Program-made: the position numbers and the translations under genes | The notes under the pieces: generated by a model | Told to the model about the DNA's origin: nothing | Seen by the model: the letters and a program-made list of their open reading frames with translations, nothing else | The model's database searches: none | Part shown: positions 45,605-55,911 of the stretch, in pieces | Layout of the letters: every line of letters starts with the position of its first letter | Position numbering within the stretch: the stretch's first letter is position 1 | From: an uncultured Planctomycetota bacterium | GTDB lineage: Bacteria; Planctomycetota; Planctomycetia; Isosphaerales; Isosphaeraceae | DNA length: 64,000 nt | Direction: 5' to 3' | NCBI GenBank assembly: GCA_963845755.1 | Contig: CAWJTV010000028.1 | Span: 288,001-352,000, forward strand

Positions 45605-47453
45605 CTACGGAGGATCCTGAAGACTTACCGGCTGGGTCTTGTCACCCTGAGCGTCGCCTCGGATCTTGGCCATCGGGACGAGTGGAACCGCCTCAGGAAC
45701 GCCGATGTTCGGAAGACCGACGGATTCGGGAGGCTCGCCGGCTTCGATCCGGTCTGCGGCGTTGGCGAAGGCCAGTAGCCGCTGATCTCGCGGTTGCGGA
45801 TCATAGCGCAGGGGCGAACTCAACTGATAGAACATGATCCCTCGCAAGCAGATGTATCTCCACACGTTGGGGTCCAGGCCGAAGTGCTCCGCACAACGCG
45901 CCGGATCGAGGACCGGTGTGGGCGATCTCTCCGGCCAGCCGAACGCCCTCCGGTCGCGCAGGGCGTGCAAGACCGCCTGCGCCAGAGCGATCTGTCCCCG
46001 GAGCGAGGGATGCATCGCGTCCTGGAAGAGATAGCTGTCGAGCAACCCATGGTGTCCTATCGCATGAAAATAGGATTGTCCATCGATCAGGATGGCGTGG
46101 TGTCGCGTTGCCACTTCGCGGTAGACGTCCTGAAACGCGGTCAGGCAGCGCATCGGAAAGCCGTCGTGATCCCGTGCGGCGATGAAGTGGTCGTACGCCT
46201 CGTCCGAGACGCCGGCTTCCTCCAATAATAGGGCCATTCGATAGTGGGCCTCGGCGAAACCCGGCTGCCGGTCGATGAGCCGCCGATAGGCCGCGATTGC
46301 TCGCGCCCATCGACCGACTCCAACCGCCGGGCCGATTCGAACTCGCGCCGGAATGCTTCGCGCTCGGCGCGGGGTTGCGGGATGCAAGACCGACCGGTTG
46401 GGCTCGTAACCTGAGTCATTGGCCGGCGGCGAGATCAGGACCGCGATCGTCCCGAGCCGCTCGGCATAGGTGGCGATCGCCTCCAGTCGGTGCCGGAAAT
46501 CGGCCAGGAGCAGGTCGAATTCCGCGGGAGTGTACGCGGGCACATCGACCAGATTCCTGTAGCCGCCACGGGGTGGCGGAATGGCGACCCGGCACTTCTC
46601 CGCCGTCTCCCGCATCAGCGCACATGCGGGCGAGACGCTCTCTACCCATTCTGTCACGAGTTTCCAGATGCCCGGATGCTTCTGGTTGACGTAGTGATCG
46701 ACTTCGCGTTCACTGGGGAGGCGCACGCTGAACTCATTATGGCCGCAGTAGACGATCATCAGATCGGGGCGATGGGCGAGGTCCAGCAGCTTCTCATGCT
46801 GGAGCTCGAGGACCTCGCCCGCGGTGGCAACGGTCTTGAGCCGCACCTTGCGCGCCGGGATCGCCTCCTCGAGCTGCCAGGCAACGAGCCGTCCGATCGA
46901 GACCCATTGATTGTATGGGAACCCCTCGGCGCTCGATTCTCCCACGACCACCAGGTTGATCGTTGGATCGCCCGTCGGGTCGGAGAACTTGGTGGGTAGC
47001 GGGAAGTCTTTCAAGGATAGAGGCCACAGGCCCTTGTTCTGGCCTCGAAAACGCGGTAGGCCCCCGATCGGCATCACTCTCGACTGTCGAAGACGATCGC
47101 GCCAGATCCCACAAACCGACTCGGTCAGGATCAGGCCGACAAGGAGAGATCCACAGGCCAGGAGCCCGCGCGATCCTCGGCCGCCGCGCCCCGCACCTCC
47201 GCCCGCGGCTGTAGACGAAGGCCAGCACCGGTACGCCGATGATCGCGGATGCGGCTGCTGGGATATAAGCGACCTCCAGTGCCAACAGGAACCAGAGGGC
47301 CACTCGGTACGAGAAACGGATCGGAATGTGGTCCTGGAGCCAGGCCCCGGCTAGCAGCACGAGCAGCACGACCGGGGCCAGCCCGATGGTCAGCAGCACA
47401 ATCCTCGGGGCAGGCATAGCCAGTCGCACCAGGTTCGCACGAGAGATTCCCAT
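45605..47453 (-). CDS. Membrane-anchored SGNH-like hydrolase with TPR insertion (shifts ~47165; compensating pair ~46370/~46312)
   Basis: N-terminal TM segments, VVGESSAEG, YCGHNEF, TPR-like AIAAYRRLID..AEAHYRMALL and DAMHP. Confidence 0.7.
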
Positions 47454-47727
47454 CCAGACCGTCTCCGTCCGCTTCGATCGTGTACCCTGGGCCTCGTTCC
47501 AGGCCCGTGGTGAACACGTCCCTCACGTTGACAACGCTCAGTTTACCTCGCACACAAACCCGGAACAATTTCAGTCGAGTGCGGAACGAATCGCGGCTCG
47601 TGCCCGGGGACTCTCAGTCTTTCCGAAGTTTTTCGCCCACCTCACGATTGGTTGGCACCCTCCTTTCGCGTTAGAATTCATGCGACCCCCCGACAGCATC
47701 GAACCCCGTTCGATCAAGGAGTGCGCG

Positions 47728-48504
47728 ATGCGACACAGACGCTGGTTTCCTCAAGTGGTGGCCGGGTGGATTCTCCTCGGCTTGAGTCCCTCGGTCGTCA
47801 GGGCTCAGGAGATTCCCATTGAAATCCTCAACGACTGGAAGTTCTATAACAACTCGGGGTGGACGTTCCTTAATCAGGGGAGGTATGACAGGGCCGAAGA
47901 CCGGTTCAAGCGGGCAATCCGGTTGATCCGGCCGTACGAGGTGAAAGGCCGAAGACTCCTGGCGAGAAGCTACGCGGACCTGTCCAGGGCCCTGTATCAC
48001 CAGGGCCGGTACGCCGAAGCCGAACCGCTCGCCGAATGGTCGCTATCGGTTCGTGAAAAACACGTCAAGGACAATCCCGAAGGATACTTTCAGAACTTAT
48101 ACACATTGGCGATGATTCACCTCTCGCAAACCCACTTCGCCGACGCGGAGACGCTGCTGAGGCGGGCGCTGGAACTCCAGGAGCAATCGATAGGTCCCGG
48201 CCACGTCCAGATCGCGGCGACGGTGGACGAACTGGCTGGCGTCTGCGTCGAACTGCGAAAGTTCAAGGATGCGGAACAACTCTACAAGCGGGCGATCGCG
48301 ATCCACGAGAAGTTCGACCCGGATGAGAACCTCGATCTGGCCGCGTGCATCGACCGCTATATCGTCCTTCTCAAGCGGATGGATCGCACCCAGGAGGCCG
48401 CGAAGTTGCAGGAGCGGGCCGCGGCGATACGGCACTACGCGGAGACGAAGGCGGAGCGGGCTCGGTCCAAGAAATCTCAGCCAGGGTTCAAGGGATTCAA
48501 GTGA
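47728..48504 (+). CDS. Exported tetratricopeptide-repeat protein
   Basis: RBS AAGGAG, signal peptide and repeats QGRYDRAE / QGRYAEAEPL / FADAETLLRRAL / FKDAEQLYKRAI. Confidence 0.85.
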   Translation: MRHRRWFPQVVAGWILLGLSPSVVRAQEIPIEILNDWKFYNNSGWTFLNQGRYDRAEDRFKRAIRLIRPYEVKGRRLLARSYADLSRALYHQGRYAEAEPLAEWSLSVREKHVKDNPEGYFQNLYTLAMIHLSQTHFADAETLLRRALELQEQSIGPGHVQIAATVDELAGVCVELRKFKDAEQLYKRAIAIHEKFDPDENLDLAACIDRYIVLLKRMDRTQEAAKLQERAAAIRHYAETKAERARSKKSQPGFKGFK

Positions 48505-48520
48505 GACGGCCTGTGCCGCC

Positions 48521-49672
48521 TCACGGCGATCCGGGATCGAAGATCGTCGCGGCGATGTAGCGCGTGGGTCCCGAGCGGTCGCTGAAGTAGTAAACGGCGA
48601 CCACCTTGCCATCGGGGCGGACCACAGAGCGGACATAGCCGACGTCGGTACTTCCGCCATCGTCGCGCAGGTGGATCGCGTCGCTCCAGGTCTTCCCTCG
48701 ATCGGCGCTGAGACGCGCGCGGATGCCGTAGGGCTGGGCGCGGACTCCATAGATCAAGCACAGTCGGCCGTCGGGAAGGCGGACGAGGCTCGGCGGGTTG
48801 CCCTCGCCGGTGTCCGGCTCGGGCCGGGAAAGGTACGACCAGGACCGGCCGTCATCGTGGGTCGCGTACGCCTCAATCCAGCTCTTCGGCGGATCCTGTC
48901 GCCGGATCGTCGTCACGAGGTCTGTGGGCGAAATGCGGATTGTGGACGGCATGATGGCATAACCGGCCGGCTCGGGGCCGATGAAGGCCACGAAATGCCA
49001 GGTGTGTCCGCCGTCGGTGGTCCGAGCGCAGAACGGGCGCCCTTCGCGACGATTCGCCTTCGACGCCGTCAGGACCAACTGACAGTCGTCTGGGCCGTTG
49101 ATGACCGTGTCGGTCCGGCCCATGACACCAGGTTGACCGAACAGCGGAAGCGCGTAAGGGCCCTTCCACGTCTTACCGCGGTCGTACGAATAATAATAGC
49201 GGGAGATCCCATTGTTCGAGTTCTCCATCCGCACCGTCATCGCGAAGTCCGAGTGTGCGAAATCGATCCGGCGGTCGAGTGCGGCCGGCTGCTCCTCCGC
49301 GGCGCCGGGGGGCATTCGTCCATGGCGCATCCCGAGTGTGCCGATCAGTGCCCCTGGGGGTTGTGGCTGCTCGGTTTTCCAGCTTGCGCCACCGTCGCGG
49401 CTCCGCGCCAGGAGGAATTCCTCCGGGCGATCGTGGTCGATGTGATGGAACCGGCCCCGGTCCTTGTAAGTGCCCCGGCTGAAGCCGACCAGGATCTCAT
49501 CGCCCCACGACCAGATCCCGTGGTTGGCCGGCCACCCCGCGAACCGGCCCGGCTCGGCGTAGACGATCACATGGCGAACCACGCTCGGAGGCTCGGAGGC
49601 TCTCACGGAGGATGGGACCGTGAGCCCGAACAGGACCAGGGCCATGGCTTGCATTCTCGCGAGTATCGACAC
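48521..49672 (-). CDS. BNR/Asp-box (sialidase-like) exported protein
   Basis: Five Asp-boxes (SRDGGASW, SYDRGKTW, TTDGGHTW, THDDGRSW, SADRGKTW) and a signal peptide. Confidence 0.85.
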   Translation of the reverse strand: MSILARMQAMALVLFGLTVPSSVRASEPPSVVRHVIVYAEPGRFAGWPANHGIWSWGDEILVGFSRGTYKDRGRFHHIDHDRPEEFLLARSRDGGASWKTEQPQPPGALIGTLGMRHGRMPPGAAEEQPAALDRRIDFAHSDFAMTVRMENSNNGISRYYYSYDRGKTWKGPYALPLFGQPGVMGRTDTVINGPDDCQLVLTASKANRREGRPFCARTTDGGHTWHFVAFIGPEPAGYAIMPSTIRISPTDLVTTIRRQDPPKSWIEAYATHDDGRSWSYLSRPEPDTGEGNPPSLVRLPDGRLCLIYGVRAQPYGIRARLSADRGKTWSDAIHLRDDGGSTDVGYVRSVVRPDGKVVAVYYFSDRSGPTRYIAATIFDPGSP

Positions 49673-49916
49673 GTGACTTGGCCTTTCTCGGATTCGCGTT
49701 TCGCGAAGCGCCATGGTGGGCCTCATGGAGGTTCAGGAGGATGATCGTAGTGTACGGACGGCACGAGCGTCAACGATGGCCCGGCCCGGGATTTGCCAGA
49801 GTAGCCCGGCTGGGAGAATGATCGGACCCAGGAGGATCGGCCGGGGCGAGAAACGTCCCGCACCGACGTTTCATCCCGGGTTCCGGATTTTCTCGAAGCG
49901 CCGGAGATGACGAACC

Positions 49917-51401
49917 ATGCGCGACTTACGACGAGGATTCGACGGCAACGGGGTCTCGGTGGCCACCCTGATCATCCTGCTGATGTTCCCGCAAGTGGCC
50001 CGGGCCCAACTGCCGGGCTTGCCCGGAATAGCGGCGGCTGGCAAGGGTGCGGCCAATGGAAAGGCGGCCGACGTAGCCGGCGAAAAGGGCAAGGCGGCGG
50101 TCGCGGCTTCCGCGGGGCCGATCACGGTCCACCGCCAGGTCTCGGACCATGACATTCAGAAATTCCTATCTAAGTTCCTGCCCAAGTACCCGGGGATTCG
50201 CGAGGTCACCGTCGCCGTCGATGACGGCGTGGTGACGCTCCAGGGCCGGGTTGATGACGATGACTCGCGTTCCGAGATCAGCGACGTCGTCAAGCGAGTC
50301 GAGGGAGTCCGCCTGGTCCTGAACCAGTTGGCCACCGACGAGGAAGTGATGTCGGCCTGGGAGTTCGCCGGGCGGGAACTGGGCGCGTTGGGCAATTACC
50401 TCGCTCGGAAGTGGATCCTGATCCTGCTGGCCCTAACCATCGTCGTGACCTCGTGGCTCCTGGCCCGGCTGTTCGCGTCGCGGTCCGAGGTCCTGCTCGC
50501 GCCCTTCGTTCGCAACCTCCTGCTCCGGTCGGTGGTCGGCTCGATCATCAGCTCGCTGCTGGTCATCGGCGGATTGGTCCTGGCGCTCGGCACGTTGCGC
50601 CTGACCCAGGCCGTCATGTCCGTCCTCGGCGTTTCGGGGCTGATCGTCCTGGCGGTCGGGTTCGCGTTTCGGGACATCACCGAGAATTTCATCGCCTCGG
50701 TACTGCTGGGCCTCCGCCGTCCCTTCCAGATTGGCGATTTTGTCACGATTGCCGGCCAGTCGGGAGTGGTCAAGTCGCTGAACACGCGGGCCACCGTACT
50801 GGTCACGATGGAGGGGAAACACGTTCGCATCCCGAACGCAACGATCTTCAAGGAGATCATGGTCAACGCGACGGCTTCGCCGAACTTCCGGAACAGTTTC
50901 GACGTGAAGATCCCCAACGAGGCCTCGACGGCCGCCGCGATCGACGCGATCAACCGAGCCCTGCGCGAGACCAACGGCATTCTCTCCGACCCACCGCCGC
51001 GGACGCTGGTGGAGGCCCTGGAGCCCGACGGAGTCCGGCTCCGCGCCGACTTCTGGTCGCCCACTCAGAGCATCGACTGGTTCCAGCTCATGAGCGACGT
51101 GAAATTGAGGGCGAAGGTCGCCCTCCAGCAGGCCGGAGTCATCGCGCCGACGGCCGCCGCGCCGACGGGCCGGGCCGGGGACAACTCCGAGGTCGTCAAC
51201 GGCACAACCACCCCCTCGACCGCCGCCATCACGGCGCGTCAGGCCGCCGCGAACCTCAAGCGGGACGCCAGGGCCGCGACCGCCGCGCAGCCGGCCGTCG
51301 GCGAGAATTGCGAGACGCCGGTTGAGCGCGCCCTCCAGGAGCCCGAGACACGCGTCAGCGATGAGGGCACGAACCTGTTGAAGGGGACGCGGGCGGAGTA
51401 G
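49917..51401 (+). CDS. MscS mechanosensitive channel with periplasmic BON domain
   Basis: BON domain (VDDGVVTLQG..VEGVRLVLNQL), three TM segments, GFAFRDITENF, PFQIGDFV and VRIPN. Confidence 0.9.
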   Translation: MRDLRRGFDGNGVSVATLIILLMFPQVARAQLPGLPGIAAAGKGAANGKAADVAGEKGKAAVAASAGPITVHRQVSDHDIQKFLSKFLPKYPGIREVTVAVDDGVVTLQGRVDDDDSRSEISDVVKRVEGVRLVLNQLATDEEVMSAWEFAGRELGALGNYLARKWILILLALTIVVTSWLLARLFASRSEVLLAPFVRNLLLRSVVGSIISSLLVIGGLVLALGTLRLTQAVMSVLGVSGLIVLAVGFAFRDITENFIASVLLGLRRPFQIGDFVTIAGQSGVVKSLNTRATVLVTMEGKHVRIPNATIFKEIMVNATASPNFRNSFDVKIPNEASTAAAIDAINRALRETNGILSDPPPRTLVEALEPDGVRLRADFWSPTQSIDWFQLMSDVKLRAKVALQQAGVIAPTAAAPTGRAGDNSEVVNGTTTPSTAAITARQAAANLKRDARAATAAQPAVGENCETPVERALQEPETRVSDEGTNLLKGTRAE

Positions 51402-51451
51402 GGCAGGCTCGCGCCATCGGCCATTGCGATTATCTTTGAGGAGGTGCGGAT

Positions 51452-51750
51452 ATGCCGAGTCGCAAGCTGTCGCTGATCCACCCCGGCGAGATGCTTCACG
51501 AGGAGTATCTCACTCCGCTCGGAAACAGCGAGTATCGACCGACCAAAGACACCTCCGTCCCTGCCCGCCGGATCAACGAGATCGTCGAAGACTCGTAGCC
51601 GATCACGGCCGACACGGCCTTGCGGCCGGTCCGGTATCTCGGGAGGACGGCGCAATTCTGGCTGAATCTTAAAACATACCATCCTCGAGATCGAGAAGGA
51701 TCGGTTCGGAGATCGACTGGAACGCGAGGTCAAGGTCCGGCGGCGGTTAG
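51452..51750 (+). pseudogene. higA: Decayed HigA-type antitoxin
   Basis: MPSRKLSLIHPGEMLHEEYL..RRINEIV, in-frame TAG at 51596, then ITADTALR..AQFWLNL and a frameshift before LEIEKDR. RBS GAGGAGG. Not in the ORF track. Confidence 0.8.
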
Positions 51751-51807
51751 GCTCAGAACTCCTTCAACTGGCGCTGATCATTCGTCCCGGCGGGGGCGAA
51801 TCGCGAT

Positions 51808-52641
51808 TCAGGTATGAGCCTGCTTCCATGCCCGTGTCGCGAGATCGCTCGCCTCGGCGACGACGGCCGACAGGTCACACTGATAGAGCCACGACGAGCT
51901 GAAACTATTCAACTCGACCAGCCGGAGCTGATCGCTCGACTCGCAGAGATCCAGCATGAAGATGGGGTCGGGACGCCAGCTCACTCCGGCGAGCATGGCC
52001 GTGGCGAAATCGCGCACCCTGACGGGGAATGCCGGCACGATTGCCCGCGATCCGCCCTCGGCATACTGGCTGCCGGCGATGATGCGGTCCCCCGCGACGA
52101 CGAGTCTCCATTCGAGATCGATCGTCCGCGGTGTCGCGATCACGACGAGTGTTGTCGGGTCGTACCGGGTGGGCGCCAAGGCAGAGGCGAACGATTCCCT
52201 CGAGATGAGCCGGCCCACGAACAGCTTGTGGCACCCCGTCGGGCGGGCGAAAACCTCGTCATCCTCCCCGAAAACCGAGAAGAGCCAGTCGCGCTGACGG
52301 ATCGCTTCTATACCGGGCATTATGATATAATTTTGATTGAGCAGATAATTCCCGAAGTAGGCGAAGTACGCGGTACAATCCAAGTTCACCGGATGACACC
52401 AGGCCCCAGGGATCCACCGATGGTGCAACTGGATCTGGCGCGCGAAGGGATACGTGCCATAGCCGATGACGCAATCCGTCGGGCCGATCGACTGTCCGTC
52501 GACGACGATGTCGGAACCTTTCTTGAGGGCCCGATACGGCACGAAATCCGCAGCCATCCCCTGCCGCCGGATCTCGGAGCGCAAGGGTTCGGCCTCGGAT
52601 CCGTAGACGCCGTCCTCGATCAGCCAGACGGGACGCATCAC
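51808..52641 (-). CDS. ATP-grasp domain protein (DUF4343/R2K-like)
   Basis: VFARP..KLFVG, EWRLVV, SQY, FMLDLC and LVELNSFSSSWLY. Confidence 0.7.
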   Translation of the reverse strand: MMRPVWLIEDGVYGSEAEPLRSEIRRQGMAADFVPYRALKKGSDIVVDGQSIGPTDCVIGYGTYPFARQIQLHHRWIPGAWCHPVNLDCTAYFAYFGNYLLNQNYIIMPGIEAIRQRDWLFSVFGEDDEVFARPTGCHKLFVGRLISRESFASALAPTRYDPTTLVVIATPRTIDLEWRLVVAGDRIIAGSQYAEGGSRAIVPAFPVRVRDFATAMLAGVSWRPDPIFMLDLCESSDQLRLVELNSFSSSWLYQCDLSAVVAEASDLATRAWKQAHT

Positions 52642-52978
52642 CGACCCCCGATAAATCGAAAGGGAAAACCATCCGATCGACCGGTGCGATCTTAACTAGT
52701 GAGTGGACTTTCCGACAATCGCGGTTAGAATAGGCGATCTTGGCCCGAGCCTACCACAAAACCGGACCTGTTGCGGACCGCACAGGGATCCTTCCCCGGA
52801 GCGAGATCGGCGTGCCTCGGATCCTTCCTCGACGGGATACGGCATCGACGGCGATCGCGGCCTTCACCGCGAGATCTGAGGTGATGGTGCATCGGGACGG
52901 GATTTGCCAATCCAACGGATCGGCGGGGACCAACCTGGTTCGCCCGGAGCAGAAATCCTTCCGATCGGAGCCCGGATC

Positions 52979-54166
52979 ATGATCGTCGGTGTGCCTCGAG
53001 AGAGTTTCCCGGGCGAGCGACGTGTGGCCCTGGTCCCCGTCGTGATTCCGAGCCTCGTGAAGGCCGGCCTCGAGGTCGTCGTGGAATCGGGAGCCGGCCT
53101 GGAGGCTGGTTATCCGGACGGCGAATTCACGGCCAAGGGAGCCAAGGTCCTCCCCGGCCGCGCGGAGGTCTTCGGCACGGCCGACATCATCGTACAGGTG
53201 CTCTGCTACGGCTCGAATGACCGGACCGGCCGGGCCGATCTCCCCCTCCTGCGACGCGACCAGGTGCTCGTCGGCTTCCTGCGACCGTTGGGCTCGATCG
53301 AGACGATCCGGGAGATCGCCGAGAAGGGGGTGACCTCGTTCGCGGTCGAGCTGATGCCGCGGACGACGCGCGCACAAAGCATGGACGCCCTGTCATCGAT
53401 GGCGACCATCTGCGGCTACCGGGCGGCGATCATCGCCGCCGATAAACTGCCCCGGATGTTCCCCATGCTGACGACCGCGGCCGGGACAATTACGCCGGCG
53501 CGGGTCCTGGTGATCGGGGCGGGCGTGGCCGGGCTCCAGGCCATCGCCACCGCGCGCCGACTGGGTGCGGTCACCTCCGCCTACGACATGCGGCCCGCCG
53601 CGAAGGAGCAGGTCCAGAGCCTTGGCGGCCGCTTCGTGGAACTCCCTATCGAAGCCCAGGACGCGCAGGACGCGCGGGGTTACGCCCGGGCCCAGGATGA
53701 GACCTTCTACCAGCGCCAGCGCGAGCTGCTCGGCCGGGTCATCGCCGAGAGCGACATCGTCATCACGGCCGCGGTCATCCCCGGGAAGACGTCGCCCGTC
53801 CTCGTGACCGGCCAGATGGTCGCCCGCATGGCGCCCGGCTCGGTGATCGTCAACCTGGCCGCGGAGCGGGGTGGGAATTGCGAGTGGACCCGGGCTGAGG
53901 AAATCACGGTCGCCCACGGTGTGACCATCGTCGGCACCATCAACCTGTCCAGCGCGGTCCCCTACCACGCCAGCCAGATGTATGCGAAGAATCTCGGCGC
54001 GTTCCTCCTTCACCTCGTGAAGGACGGGAAGCTCCAGATGAATCTGAACGACGAGATCATCCGTGACACGCTGCTGACCCGGGGCGGCGAGGTCGTGAAC
54101 GCCCGGGTGCGGGAAGCGTTCGCGCTGCCGCCGCTGGCGGCCGCGGCCGGGGAGGTTGAGAAATGA
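52979..54166 (+). CDS. pntA: NAD(P) transhydrogenase alpha subunit part 1
   Basis: GERRVAL, RAQSMDALSS, GAGVAGLQAIATARRLGA and GGNCE. Confidence 0.93.
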   Translation: MIVGVPRESFPGERRVALVPVVIPSLVKAGLEVVVESGAGLEAGYPDGEFTAKGAKVLPGRAEVFGTADIIVQVLCYGSNDRTGRADLPLLRRDQVLVGFLRPLGSIETIREIAEKGVTSFAVELMPRTTRAQSMDALSSMATICGYRAAIIAADKLPRMFPMLTTAAGTITPARVLVIGAGVAGLQAIATARRLGAVTSAYDMRPAAKEQVQSLGGRFVELPIEAQDAQDARGYARAQDETFYQRQRELLGRVIAESDIVITAAVIPGKTSPVLVTGQMVARMAPGSVIVNLAAERGGNCEWTRAEEITVAHGVTIVGTINLSSAVPYHASQMYAKNLGAFLLHLVKDGKLQMNLNDEIIRDTLLTRGGEVVNARVREAFALPPLAAAAGEVEK

Positions 54167-54474
54167 CCGAGGAAATGACACAGCATGTGATCGCGAGCTT
54201 ATACGTGTTCATGCTTGCGGCATTCATCGGGTTCGAGGTGATCAAGAGGGTCTCACCGCTACTCCACACGCCGTTGATGTCGCTGACGAATGCCCTGGAT
54301 GCGATCGCCGTGGTCGGGGCGATCATCCTGGCCGGTGAACGCGGGGGCAGCCCGCTGGCGACGGTGATCGGCACTCTGGCGATCATCGCGGCCACCAGCA
54401 ACGTCGTGGGCGGATTCATGATCACGGACCGCATGCTCAAGATGTTCAAGGCAAGCGGCCCGAAGAGGCAATAA
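54163..54474 (+). CDS. NAD(P) transhydrogenase alpha subunit part 2
   Basis: LLHTPLMSLTNA and NVVGGFMITDRMLKMF; ATGA overlap with part 1. Confidence 0.93.
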   Translation: MTEEMTQHVIASLYVFMLAAFIGFEVIKRVSPLLHTPLMSLTNALDAIAVVGAIILAGERGGSPLATVIGTLAIIAATSNVVGGFMITDRMLKMFKASGPKRQ

Positions 54475-54479
54475 CTCCT

Positions 54480-55863
54480 ATGTTTCGCGAACATGCCATC
54501 GAGATCGTCTACCTGATCGCCACCGCCCTGTTCGTCCTCTCCTTGAAGTGGATGAGCTCGCCGAGCACGGCACGCCGCGGCGTCCGCGCCGGGGAGATAG
54601 GAATGCTGCTGGCGATCGTCGGGACACTGCTGCACAAGGAGATCGTCGATTACCGGTGGATCGCCATCGGGCTGGTCCTGGGTACGATCATCGGAGTACC
54701 GCTGGGCATGGTTCAGATGACGGCCGTTCCACAACGAACGGCTCTGAGCCACGCCTTCGGTGCGTTTTGCGTCACGGCGGTCGGCATCGGCGAGTTTCTC
54801 CTGCAGGCGCCCGATGTCCCGCGATTCACGATGGTTGTGCTCGCGATGGAGGTCATCCTTGGCTCCCTCACCCTCACCGGCAGCCTGATGGCCGCCGGCA
54901 AGCTTCAGGAAGTCCTACCGCAAAGGCCGATCACCTATAAGGGACAGAACTTCGTCAACCTCGGTCTCCTGGCCATGGCCATCGCCCTCGCGGGTTATCT
55001 CGTCTATGACCCGTCCCAGGCCATACTCTTCCCGATCATCGTGTTGATCTCGCTCGCGTTTGGCGTGCTCATGATCATCCCAATCGGTGGCGCCGACATG
55101 CCGACGGTGATTTCCTTGCTGAATTCCTATGCGGGTCTCTCCGCCGCAGCGATGGGCTTCGCCCTGGACAGCAAGCTCTTGATCGTAGCCGGGCGCTCGA
55201 CGGAGCATCGGGGTTCATCCTGTCCGTGAACATGTCCAAGGCGATGAACCGGTCGTTCACGAATGTCCTATTCGGGGCATTCGGTCAGGTCCAGACCGTG
55301 GCAGCCGCGCGCAGGAAGCGCAGCCTGTCAAGAGCGCTTCGGCGGAGGAAGCCGCGGCGATTCTCTCCGTGGCCAGCAAAGTGGTCATCGTGCCGGGGTA
55401 TGGCATGGCCGTCGCGCAGGCCCAGCACAAAGTCCGCGAGCTCTACGACGCGCTGAGCAAGCGGGGCGTTAACGTCAAGTTCGGTATCCACCCGGTCGCC
55501 GGCCGAATGCCCGGCCACATGAACGTGCTCCTGGCCGAGGCCGACATCCCCTACGACCACTTGCTGGAGATGGACGAGATCAACGGCGACCTCCCTCAGA
55601 CCGACGTCGCGCTGGTGATTGGCGCCAACGATGTGACGAACCCGGCCGTGCGCGAGGACCGCTCCAGCCCGATCTACGGCATGCCGATTCTGGACGTCGA
55701 CAAGGCGCGCACGGTGATGGTCATCAAGCGTGGCATGAGCCCCGGCTTCGCCGGCATCGACAATCCCCTCTACTATCTCGACAACACGCTCATGCTCTTC
55801 GGCGACGCCCGCGCGTTCGTCGGCTCGATCGTCCGCGAGTTGTCCGGTGGCGATGGTGGATGA
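54480..55863 (+). CDS. pntB: NAD(P) transhydrogenase beta subunit (frameshifts ~55197, ~55310)
   Basis: IGGADMPTVISLLNSY, KAMNRS, VPGYGMAVAQAQH, HPVAGRMPGHMNVLLAE and GANDVTNP. Confidence 0.93.
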
Positions 55864-55911
55864 GTTGGTAATCGTCCCGTGATGTGACGTTCGGGATCGA
55901 CATGCAGCGCG

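Noticed and set aside
47653..47669. TGGCAC-containing sigma54-like sites here and at ~38755
   Set aside because: GG-to-GC spacing is not the required 10 nt.
52979..54474. Split pntA as a possible frameshift artefact or novelty
   Set aside because: There is a clean ATGA overlap with a separate start, and three-gene transhydrogenases are well known (e.g. Rhodospirillum rubrum).
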